A DNA stretch of 64,000 bases from Protoeuglena noctilucae (lineage: Eukaryota), in NCBI GenBank assembly GCA_958009085.1, contig OY253690.1, positions 1-64,000 of the forward strand, read 5' to 3'. Of the stretch, positions 25,901 through 38,300 are shown piece after piece (within the stretch, counting starts at the first letter, position 1; each line of letters begins with the position of its first letter). The notes under the pieces were generated by a model. The model was not told the origin of the DNA and did no database searches. It saw nothing but the letters and a program-made list of their open reading frames with translations. A program made the translations under genes and the position numbers.

Positions 25901-28900
25901 CGTCGATGACACCACATGTACAATCATAATTGCTATAATAAATAACCCACAACTCGCCTGCTCGGTCACCGCTGGCTATTGCGCCCCCCCACCTTGACAT
26001 CACAGTCCGCATAACATAATAAATATTATCATACCTACAACAATCCAATAATCAACTCGCCTGCTCCGTCACTGCCGGCCCCACCACCACCGCCGGCTCT
26101 TGCGCCCCCCCACCCCCACCCATACCCCCAACCCCGCTCGCCGCCTCCCCCACTCTCTTGTTCCTCTTCCTCTCCGCTTTCTTCTCTTTCTTGATAACCG
26201 CCGCCCGTTTACTGGCGTCGACCTTGCTCGCCAGAAACTCGCGCACGGCGGGGAGGCCATGGACTGCGGGGGAAGTGGTGGTTGGAGAGTGAATTAGGGG
26301 AGTGAATCGGGAATAGTTGAGTGATAAATTGATCGGTATGGATAAGTAACACCGACAGTCAACGTAAACAGTAACAACAATAACAACCACATTTACTCAC
26401 TCGCCCACTCGTGTTCCCTGGCCAGCCTCTGCAGCGTGTCAACCATCATAACAGTCACGATAACAGTAACACCAGTAACGATAACAACAATAACAGTTAC
26501 TCACTCGCCCACTTGTGCTCCCGGGCCAGCCTCATTAGCGTGTCGGCGTCGTAATCCCTCAGCCCCGCAAACTCCTCTTTTCCCAACACATCTTCCATCG
26601 CCAAGACATGACAATCGCCAGCAACGCCCACTAACTCGAAATACTGGCCCGACCACCACGGCTGGCCATTGTGGGGGGCCGTGGGGGCGGTTGTGCGGGA
26701 CGTGCTGTGGCCCGCGCCCGCGTTCGTGCTCTGGGATGCACCGGTGCCCGCGGCTGTTGCTTTTGTGCTCTGCGGTGCGCCTGCAGTCGCGTTCGTGCTC
26801 TGCGCTGCACCGCCGGACCCTTGAGCCTGCGAGGGGGCAGCACAACATACAACACAATGAGATTGGCCCGAGAGAGTTGTCAAGTGGTGCTTGTTACTGT
26901 TGTTGTTGTTGTTGTGCATGCAGCCTTAGTGCGTGATGGATGGTCGTGATGATTGATTATTATGACGGACTGAATGAAGGTGGTAAAAGCAACCGCAGTG
27001 ACTATCGCCAACTCCCGCCCACCCCTCGCCACCGCACCCGCCCCAACGCCACCCCCCCTCTGCCCTCACACCCACTCCCACTCCCCACTCACTCACTCAC
27101 TCCACCGCACCCCTACTGTCACTCACTAGTCCACCCACACCCACACCCAACCCCACCCACCCACACCCGCACCAAAACACACCCACCCACACCCACACCA
27201 AAACACGCCCACACACACCCACACCCAAACACCCCCACACACCCACACCCAAACACCCCCACACACCACACCCCCATTCATCACTCGCCATCTCTCCAGG
27301 CACATAGAAGGGCGGGAGTAGGCTGAGGTACATCACATCGTAGGGTAGCTTGCCCTTTTTTTCCATGACCCTCTCGCGCGTTGATTGGGGGAGGGAGGGA
27401 AACTTGGTGAATAGACAGGGAAGGTAGAGGTGGGCGATGGAGCGAGCCGCTTTGACGGGCTGAGGGGGGGGGGGGGGGGGGAAGAGGGGGGGAGCAGTTA
27501 CTTACTTATTTATAACAATTATAATATTCACAATATATATTATATTATATTTTTTTGCTTTAAATATTAATTATATCAGATGAATTAACAAATGAGAATT
27601 CATGGTTGTAACTAGCACCGTCTTACCACTCGCGCTTCACACGCCACCAGAACCCTCTCTACCACGACTGAATGCTGCTACGAGTATGAACACCATGGCT
27701 CACCATCCACAGCTCCCGTTTTACTATGACAACAATCACCAATACTATGACCACCATCGCTCACCATCTGCACCACATTCAACTTCTCCCACTCCATCCA
27801 CAGCTGATATTCCAGCTTGTATGAAACAGTGACATCTGACGCCCCACTCCCACCCCCCGCCTCCCGTCTCAGCTCCTCCCCTCTCCTTCTTTTAAATTCG
27901 TCAAACGCCTCAATTTCAAACAAAGCCAGAGCCAAGGTCGTCTTGTCCGGCAACTGCGGGTGCAAAAGCACAGAGCACGATTGTCTCGTTGCAGGAAACC
28001 GGAAGTGCTGTTCTGCCGATGAAAGCACGATCGCGATGCAGAGGGAAGAGAAGGGTGTCGACCAGCGAAGCACGTGTGTGAAATACTCATAGTTATTATC
28101 ACCATTTGCAATGTTTGTAATTCATATATTCTCACCGGCTCCCCCCCCACCGCCGCCCCCGCCAGGCAAAACGCGAGCGTCCCCCCCACCACTATCACCC
28201 AGTAATATCGCATTACATATCAGAAACAGTACTATTCGAAAACACGCTCACCGGCTCCTCCCCCACCTCCGCCCCCGCCAGGCAAAACGCGAGCGTCCCC
28301 CCCACCACCCGGGCCGCCACCTCATCCGCAGGCATGGATTCCAACATCTGCGGATATCAACGAATGGAATTATAATTGATAATATGAACATAAGTATGAC
28401 TTATAACTATAATATGCACATTATAATACAAACATTACAAACATTAACATAATATGAACATTGACATAACATCATATGAAATTACACCAACTCTTTCAAC
28501 TCTCACCTCGGGCACCACGACGTCTCGTACCTCCCCCGGCAGCACGTCCCAGGGGGTTAAGGTGCCATAGAGACTCGCGACCTGTGCGGGAGTGAGGACG
28601 ATAGTATAGAACATGACAATATAGAATAGGATGAGAATATGACGCAGTCGTTCCTAATGGTTTATTATCAGTTACTAGGTAGGCACGTGCGTTACTGACC
28701 CCGTCGAGTCAGCGTCGCTGTCGATATCGATATCCGCAAAGATACGCGCATCAATAGTATATATAATATCAGTGTATGATTATATATAATAATTATGTAT
28801 GATTACATATAAATATTGTTATATATAATATAACATCCACCCCCCTCACCTGCTGGTCCAAGTCCGCAATGGCCCCCCCCGCAGCCGTGGCCCGTGAAGC

Positions 28901-31900
28901 CCACGCGTCCGCGACGAGCGACTTGGAGATGATATGTATGGGATTTTCCAATTGCGATTGGATGATCGATATGAGCTGGGGCGCGTGGCGGGAGAAGAGG
29001 GCTTCGATAGCAGTCATCACGGTGCACTTGGCTCGCACTGCCTGGCGTATCTGGGGATGAGAGAGGGGACTGAGAGTGAGTTGTATAATAAGAGAGTTAG
29101 AGAGTTAGAAAGTTGGAGAAATGGAGATGGAAATAGGCGATGTGTAGTTCATGGTTCGTTGTTAAACGGTTGCGATAACACGTCGATACTATTGGCAACT
29201 ACGCAATAATTATGCTGAATATATAGACTGAATATATAAAAAAATAATTCGCGGGCATCTCACCAGGCCCATGGCCTTGGCGACGACGGCGGCGCTGCGC
29301 CGCAGCGTGGCCTGCGGTGGGGGAACAAGGATCGAAAGTCATTTCATGGTAATGGATATAGATATAAATATAAATATATTGTATATATAGATAAACTGTA
29401 TAAATCGATATAGATATACTTTGCACATTGACATACGTCAATAATAATAATAATATAATGTTATTATTATTATATGTTATTATTATTATAGTCGATATTG
29501 TTTACCCCACCCCCGCGCATCCCCCCCAGCACTCGCCAGCTCAGCGCTGATCTCCGGCCCCGTCTTGCCCATCTTGTCCCCCGTCAGCAAATGCACCAGC
29601 ACGCGCAGGGCGTCAACCCTCTCCAGGCAATTCGCCTGCGATATATGGGAGTGATGGCAGTAATTGTGATAACATAGTGACAGCGGTAATAACAGCGCTA
29701 GTGACAGCAACCCAACACATCCGATGTTTGTCTCCTCGCGCTAATCGGTCGATCAATCAATCATCGATGTCATTATTGTACATTTTACCCACTCCCATCA
29801 TCTCTCTCGCCTGCTGCCTCCGCTGCTCCTTGGCCCCCTCGGCCATCGCGTCCCACTTCTGCAGCACATACACCATCCTCTGCGGAGACGGGGAGATGAT
29901 GTGATGATGGTGATGACGATGATAACAGATGTGAGGAAGTGCAAACACAAACACCCACTCAGACCCACACCCCCACCCCCCAACCCCTCACCTCCTTGCT
30001 CCACCCCACCCCCCCCTTCACTCCTTCACTCCATCCAATGCCACAACACACGTACACACACAGTGACACACACACCACACGCACCCCCATCCCCACACCC
30101 ATACCCACACATACACACTCACACACCCCACCCACCCCTCACCTCCTTGCTCCACCCCACCCCCCCCCACTGTTTGACGTCCTCCAGAGCCGCCACGATT
30201 TCAAACGGCGACGCCAGCCACGCCCTCACCACCCCCGCCACTGTCCGGTCGCTGTGGTGGGGCAGGCCGGGGATGGGGACATTGGCGGATAAGAGGTGCT
30301 TGATCTGTGGGTGGGGTGAGATGAGGTGATACGAGATTACATGGCGAGATTGGATGGGATTAGATACTAAGAGGGGTGGGGTTAAATGGAGTACTTATTA
30401 TTAACAAAATGACGTTTTGTTACAACCATGGACAGCAACTAGTAACTAACCATGGACGCGGCTGCGACGCGCTAGCAATTCAACGACAGATAGTATTTAC
30501 AAATAATATTTCATTGTTAATAACGGCCATTCCCCATTCATCGACAACGCGCCATCTCCACTCACCGTGTCAGACAGGCGACGGAAACCCTCCCTGGCAA
30601 ATCCGTAACCCCACACCGTCAAGTCACCCTGAGATGAGAGACAGATGCGTCAGGATCTTATAAGCGGCAGTTGCAACGATACTGCAATATCTATTGATCA
30701 TTGATACAACATTAATTATTGTTCATCATTATCATTACGAGTACTGGTGATACTATCGACGATGCAACAGACGACGGGTGCAAGGGTGCCTTGATCAACA
30801 CTATTCACCCCCAACAACCTCCTTACACACCCCGCACCCCGCAACCCATTACACACACCACACACCATTACACACCCCTCCCCAACCCCACTCACCACTC
30901 CACCCCACTCACCCCGCACACCCCACACACAACTTCCCACCCCACTCACCCCCACCCCCCCTCACCTCCCTCTCCGCCCCCTTGAGCGCATCCATGGTCG
31001 TGAACTCGACATCGAGGCGTATCAGATCCGCCATAATCAGCGCCTTGTTCTCCTGGGCCACGCGGATGGTCTCCTCCACGTTATGGCAATCGGCAAAGGT
31101 GACCGCCAGGAGCCACGAGAAGGCCCCGCTGAGCATGTCGTAGCGGGGGGCGGCGAGGGCCTGTGAATATGTGGGGAGATAAGGATACTATTGTATATTT
31201 ATATTATATGTATATATTTTATATTTCCAGTACTTTGGAACGCATGAGGAGGCCCCGCTGAGCATGTCGTAGCGGGGGACGGCGAGGGCCGTGAAGGGGG
31301 TGGGAATATGATTACATGATTATACTTTATATGTATTTATATCTGTATTGTTTACTATTTCCAGTACTTTTGAACGCATGAGGAGGCCCCGCTAAGCATG
31401 ACGCAGCGGGGGGCGGCGAGGGCCCTGGGGGTGGATACTGGGAAAAGAACTATAATAGCACACAACTGGGAGGAGGACTATAATAGCACACAAGAGCACT
31501 GGGCCCACTAGTCATGTGAGTTCGCGACAATGCTGTTACCCGGTTGCTTACTTACAACCCTCACCCTTCAAATCACAAACTGAACCCCTCAAACCACACC
31601 CCTCCCACCCCCCTCACCTCCCCATAATAGCTATTTGTAAAAGCTTACTTGCACTCCCCCTCCCAGACCCCATCACCTCCTCGAATTAACTCATTCATTT
31701 AATCATTTCTTCATCTCCAAACCCCCTCACCTCCTCATAACAGCTAATCGTAACTGTCTTTACTATTACCCTGCCCCTCACCTCTTTACAATAGCTATTT
31801 GTAATAGCTTACTTGCACTCCCAAACCCCCTCACCTCCTCATAACAGCGCGCCTGTGCCTCCTTGCCCATCCCCTCCCACGCTTCCCGCATCTGAGCCAG

Positions 31901-34594
31901 CAACTGCGGGGGGGCGACGGGGGCGGAAATTTGAAATTCGTCGATGATTTGATTCGAATAGCTGCAATAGTAGCTATTATAGTACTATAACACTTACAAT
32001 AACGGTGACAATATAGTTAGTACAATAATAGTTACTACCATAATACCATGCACCCCCTCGCCTCCCTCATGGGCGCGTAGCAGACGTTCCCCTGCCGCAA
32101 GGCCTTGTTCAGCGCCCCGACGGCGTGGGGGTCGCAGTAGAGGATCATCTTGGCCGTCTCGACGTCCGGGGTGTCCTGGCACAGCGCGCGCCAGAGGAGC
32201 GCCAGAGTGTCGGTTTCGTGGTCGGCAACATCGTAGCCGCGCTGCGGGGAGGTGGTGAATGAGAGGGGCCGGTAAATTGCTGAATGGATATGTTGGTGAG
32301 TGTGCGATTGGTACAACGTAATCGCGCTGCGGGGGGGTGGGGTAGGGAGGGATTGGTAAGTTGCTAAATGGATATGTTGGTGAGTGTGCAATGGGTGCTT
32401 CTACAAAGGTTCACGACTGTTTGTTAGCGTCACATTATAACTGCGTCGTCGCGCTGCAGGGGGGGTGGATGGAGGTTCGTCAGGTGTGCAATTCGTGCTT
32501 TGAGGTGTCGTGAACGAGGAAATCTCACGACCCTCGCATCCCAATCCCACTCCCGTTCCCATTCGCACTCACCTGCCTCATGACCTCCCTCACAACCCTC
32601 GCATTCCACCCCACCTCATTCCCACTCCCATCCCATTCTCATTCCCACCCCCACTCACCTGCCTCATGACGTGACAACCCTCGCATCCCAATCCCCTCTC
32701 ATTCCCATCTCATTCCCTCTCATTCCCACTCGCCTGCCTCATGACCCCCTGCGGCGACATCGCTGGTTTCTGCAGCAGCGCCCTCCCAAAGGTGGACAGC
32801 AGCTGCTGGACCGACACGCCCAGGGCCTGCGGGGAGAGCAATGACGATAGTTGGGAATGACGATAGTTGGGAATGGCGATATTTGGGAGTGACCATAGTT
32901 GGGAAAGCAACAGCGACGTCCGTCGTCGCGATATTCGTCGACACTCCGCATATGGGAAGAGACAGGAAGTCATATAATGCAAGCAAGGAATGAGAACAAC
33001 GAAACCACCACACTGCGCTCGCCACCGACACACACGGTCGCTGTGCCAAGCGAGCTGCCTCCCAACCCTGCCTGCAGTTTGCAACCAAAAGTAGCAAAAC
33101 CGCCCAAACGCCCAAACTCGACATCCCCTAATAACCCAATCAACACACATCTCTAAATCGCCCCCACCTGGAGTGGGTTGTCCTCCATCAGCGCTTGGTC
33201 GACAGGCTCTGAGGGGCCCGGCTCCAAGCGTGGCAGCGGCATCGCGGACGGCGCCGACGCTCCCGGCTCCTTCCGCTTCGCACGGACGAATGGCTTGCTC
33301 TGTGCAGTGTCGGTGTTTGTGCTCTGTGCAGTGCTCGCTCCAGCAGCACCGCTTGCAGCGCTCGGCTGCCTCAGCCCCACCACGGGCGCGGCGTCCCCGT
33401 ACCCTGCCACCAGGACGCGCTGCCCGGGGCGAGACGCCGGCGCCGCGGGAGCCGCCGCTGGCTTGCTCGGCGCAGCAGCAGTGCCGCTTGCAGGCTGCGG
33501 TTGAGCCGCGGGCTGGGTCGCTGCAGCTGGCTTGCTCGGCGCTGGGGCTTTGGAAGCAGCCGCTGGAGCTGGTTTGCTCGACGGAGCAGTCCCGCCCGCG
33601 CCGCTCGGCTGGCCGAGACCGACGACAGGCGCAGCATCCCCATACCCTGCCACCAGCACGCGCCCCGGACGCGCGGCCGGCGTCGCGGGGGTCTTCGTCG
33701 CGGGCGCGGGAGGTGGCGTGCTCGATGCAGTAGCTGAATTCGCGCCGCTCGGCTGCCACGTCGCGGGCGCGGCGTCTCCGTATCGCGCAACGAGGATGCG
33801 TCTCTTCGGAGCCGGCTCCCCCGGCGTCTTTTGTGCGGACGCGGGACCTGCGTGGGAAGCGGAAGCGACAGATGCGATCGCGAAGACATCGTCCGCGATT
33901 CCGAGCCGCGGCGGGCGCGCGGAGGCGGGCGCGGCGAGGACGTCGAGGGCAGCACGGCACACGCTGCGGCCCGCGCGCGCGCTGGTTGCAACTGACGCGG
34001 CCGCGGCCCTCACCCGGCGAAGCGCTCTGCATCGTGACGTCCGCAGGCCCAGACGCTGCGCCTTGCGGGCCCTCGGCCTTGCGACCCAGGAATCCAGGGG
34101 CTAAGCCTGCGTTCTGCGCTCCCGACGTGCGCGATGCAGCGTCCGCCGCAGAAGAAGTGAACTGCGCACTCCCAGTCGACGTCCCCGGGGGAGCGGCCGG
34201 CGCGGTTGACGCCCCGTTCGCCGCGGAGGGCCCCCTGCGACCTCCCGCGGGCACCGCGCCGTCGTCCCGCTGCTGGTACGCGAGCAGTTCGGCGAGGTCG
34301 TCCGAGTCCGATCCCTCACTCGCCGCTTCACCTGCGCGGGGCGCGCGGGTAAGCAGCGTGAGGGCCCAACCAGTCCCCGCCCGCGCTTGGACGGCGCTCG
34401 AGCCTAGATTCCCGGCAATGTGAGTGGCCAAAGCTTTTCACATAGGACTAGCCAAGCAAACACATCCATCGGTCGCCGCCAGGGCCGCGGGGAGCCACAA
34501 ACAAAGCCGTACCCTTCGCACCGGGAGTCCTCGCTGCCGAGCCCGACGGCGTCTGCCCCTGGGGCGTCCCCTTCTTCTTGGACCGCTTCACCAT
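16933..34594 (-). CDS. Large multi-exon (~30 exons) TTC3/DZIP3-like RNA-associated RING E3 ubiquitin ligase
   Basis: Start MVKRSKKK at 34594. Exon 25282->~25003 gives IALSCSFGC..TYHYPDCY...CPTDGCPGVL (TTC3/DZIP3-type Zn domain). Spliced RRM LIDGV...ARCAFVVF...GQRLRASFA (22667->~21990). PAM2-like motifs near 21495 and 21399. Last exon 17160->16933 encodes a RING: CPLC..CGH..CEGC...C...C*. Exon phases are consistent where checked, but a single transcript is inferred. Confidence 0.7.
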
Positions 34595-35351
34595 CTTGAC
34601 CTAGCCGCGCGCGCGGCCCTGCAAGGGCCGGGAGGGGAGGCGCAGGCGTGCGCGGGCGGGATCTCCAATTACGGTCGGGTCCGCGTGATGGAGGCCCCGC
34701 GCGAGTGCCACGGCGATGCGGGGAGGGCGCGCGAGAGAGAGGAAGCCAAGGAAGGCGTCGCGTCGACGAACAGACGACGCCGGCCTCGGGCGGGGCCGCC
34801 GGGGTCTGGCACACGAAGCACAGTGCGCGACGGGCTCGCGCGGGACGTCCTCCGACGCGCCCGAGCGGAATGCGGCACGTGAGCGCGTCTCACCTCAAGC
34901 TATCTTCTAGATGATTGTCCCCTCGGCCCTTGCGGGGCGAGGAAACCGCGGAAAGCCCCACCTGTGAGCCTTGGCTATTCCTACGCGCGCAGCGATGCGA
35001 GCCTTCGTATCTTGGGATCAATGTGCGCACGAATCTGTCGGGCGAGCGGGAGGCGCGGGGTGCACCGAGCTCCGGCGTGTTCCCTGGCACGGAACGCGAG
35101 GCGGTGCGCCAGAACTCGTGCCTTGTGGACGCCCCCCATCGTCCCGGCGTGGCGGCATTGCGTCCAGTCGCATGCCACTCTGACGCCGCCATCGCTCCTG
35201 CCAACTGCAGAGCCGTGTTTCTGATTGTTTGACCAGTACCACCCCGTTGCTCTCCTCCCCGCATCCGGCTCGTGACCCGCTGGCTCCCGCGCGCCTTCGA
35301 TAGACGTGACGCGTCGATCTCGAGAGTCTGGCCTGCGCACCCGCGCCGAGC

Positions 35352-38300
35352 ATGCTCTCACGCGCGCTCCCGGGGCCGTGCCCACATGCGCTGGCGGCCG
35401 CCCCTCTCCGCCGCGCTCGTCGCCCGCCGCCGGCGCCGGCCCCGCGCTCCATCGGGTAATCCTTTGCGCCACATGAGCGCGTGCTTTTTCCCGAGCCATC
35501 GCTCGCCCCGGCGCGCCTGGGCGCTGCGTCCGCTTCCCCACCAGCCCCCAGCCACCCCGCCGCTCGCGCCGCAGTCGCCGCACGCGTAAACCCTCCCACG
35601 ACCTCTACGATATCCTCACGCACCTCCACGAGTCGCCGCACGCGCCCCCCGGCCCTCCCGGGCACGCCACACCCACGCCGCCCCGGACACGCACCCTCCC
35701 ACCCTTGCACGCAGCGTCGCGGCCGCAGCGGGCGACGACGATGGCCCGGAAATGGCGCCTTGGCTGTTCGCTCCGTCATCCTGGTCGGAGGGCGGGGGTA
35801 GCGGCGCGGGTGCCGGTCCACGGGGCGGCTCGCCGGGCGGGCGTGGCCGTGGCCGTGGTGGTGGCATGCGGGGCCGCGGCCGCGGGCGGTGGTCGGCGAG
35901 AGGCGGGTCCCAGCGCCGGGAGGGCTCCGATTGGCGCGAAGGCGGCCGCTCCTCGCCCGGCCGGGGCCGCGGGCGCGGTGGTTACTCGCGAGGAGGCCCC
36001 GAGTTCAAATCCTTCCAGAGTCAGAGCCCGAGCCCTTGGGAAGAAACATCTTTTTCGGACGACGCCTGGAGCGACGCGGGGGCAGCTGAGCGCGCGGACC
36101 GTCCCGCCTGGCGCGGCGGTGGGGGTGGCCGTGAGAAGGGGGGTCGTTATGGTGGGAGGTTCAGCTCTAATCGATCCTTCGACGATCGGCAGGGCAGAGG
36201 CCGCGGCCGGGGCCGCAAATGGTCCGACCGGGAGTCGTTCAGAGCTAGTGGTGACAGGCCCAATCGTAGCCCATCTCGTGGCGGTGCAAATTGGGGGGAT
36301 GCCGGTTGGGCGGATGGCGGCGTGAGCCCTCAGATGGCTGGGATGTCGTGGGGAGAAGGGTCGGGTATCGATGAGGGGAATGACTGGTTCGGTGGGGGTG
36401 GTGGGGATGTGAGTGCAGGCGTGGGCGGGGGGGAGTGGGGGGATACGGCGGGTGTGACGGGGGATGGTGGGGTGGGGGCGTGGGGTGATGGGGAGGATGG
36501 GTGGGGAATGGCTGGGAAGGAGGGGTCATTGGCAGTGGATGCGTTTGCGGGAACGGAGAACGTGAGGGGGTGGGGGGAGGTGGAGGGGGAGATGGGTGGG
36601 GGTGAGGGGGGGGAGGGGGAGGGGGAGAGGGGTGGGGGGTGGGGTGGTGTGAGAAAGGTGGAGAGGGATGATGTGGTTGGGGTTGAGGGTGATGGGGATG
36701 GCGATGGTGGTAGGGAGTGGGGTGATGATCGGGCTGGGATGAGGAGGGGGAGGGGCAGGGGTGCGAGAGAGGGGTGGGAAGGGAGAGGAAGGGGGAGGGG
36801 GAGGGGCGGGCGGGAGAGAGATGGGGAGTGGGGTGGTGGCAGGGGGTGGGCCGCGAGGGGTGGCGATGAAGGGGGCGTGCAGAGTGACGATGATTGGAGG
36901 GCGGGGCTGCTGAGGGAGGGGGATAAGGAGGGGGCTGGGGATGAGTGGGAGGGGGGGCGAGGGGGGTGGGGTGCGCGGGAGGGGTGGGGTGGGGACGACC
37001 GGTGAGCGTGAGGGGGGTGGGTGGGCGATGGTTGCTGTCAAGGCAGTGGCGATGAGTTTAAGCTGATGTTGGTGACATTGCGTGATTACGGTTGTGTGCA
37101 TCTTGCATCTTGTTCCTATCGTGCTTTGTGCTTTCGTCCGCAGGGACCCCCAGTCCCGGCCCCGCGGCCGTCGCAGCTCGGATGGCCAGGCGCGGTACGA
37201 GGAGCGCAAGCAGTGGATCGCGGTGCTCAAGTGAGGCATCAATTGGTCTGTATGTATGCATATGTATAAATATTCATCTATATTCCAATTTTTAACTCTA
37301 TAATAAATATAATTATACATTGACACCCACTATTCCTCCCATTCCCCCATCTCAGGGAGTCCAACCGCCGCAGCAGCGACGGCCGCGACAACTCGAATTA
37401 TTCCGATAATTTTTCGAGTAATAACAGGGACGCGTACAATAATCGCGCGCCGGGCCGCGGCAGCGCTCGCGCGGTGTCAGAGCTGCAGCGTATGGCGATG
37501 GAGGGTCACGCGAGGGCGGTTGCGGTGTTGATGTTGATGAGAGTGGAGGAGGGGGCGGAGGCAAAGGGGGCGTTCGGGCTCGTGGGGGAGGCAGTGGATA
37601 ATCGCAAGTGAGTTTATAGTCATAATAATAGTAATGGGTGTGCGTGTGTTGATGTTGATGAGAGTGGGTGAGCGGTTGGGCTGCTGATGGCGTCGGTACT
37701 AGTCAATATAAAACCTATATTACAAAATGTTACCAATAACTATTGTTTCTAATAAAAATCATCACTGTCGATGCTCTCTCTATTCGCAGGACGGACCGCG
37801 TGAGTCCCGAGGTCAAGGCCTTGGACGATGCGATTGACGGGGAAGACGGTGATAATGAAGGGGAGAATATGAATGGAGATGGGGAGATGGGGGGAGAAGG
37901 GGTGGGGGGGCAGGGGGCGTTCAGCCTGCAGGCGGCCTTCAACAAGCTGTCGGGTGAGAAGGGCGGTTGGGGATAGTCAATTATAAGAGATAGGTTGTAA
38001 ACTAGTTATATTGGTATTAGTCTAGTTCGAATTTCCTTCTCCTTTGCTCAGCTCCTTATCGCCGCTGGACCACGCGCGTGATGCAGGGGGGTTCCATTTT
38101 CTTATTTATATAACACTCATAACTCGTTCTCATCCCTCGCAGCTCCTGATCGCCGCTGGACGACGCGCGTGGTGCAGGGCGTCACCCGCCTGCGTGCTCG
38201 CTTGGACTGGCAGGTGGCGGCGGTGGCGGGGCGGCCGAGGGAAACGGTGGACGACGTGCCGTGGGTGGCCATGCAAGTCATGGTCTACGCCATTACAGAG

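Noticed and set aside
27464..27492. Poly-G run as a distinct element
   Set aside because: It is the C-rich 3' arm of a minus-strand intron, already covered by the intron-architecture finding.
36245..37002. Argonaute-hook function for the WG/GW motifs
   Set aside because: The protein appears organelle-targeted and the G-rich DNA can generate WG by itself; kept only as a compositional observation.
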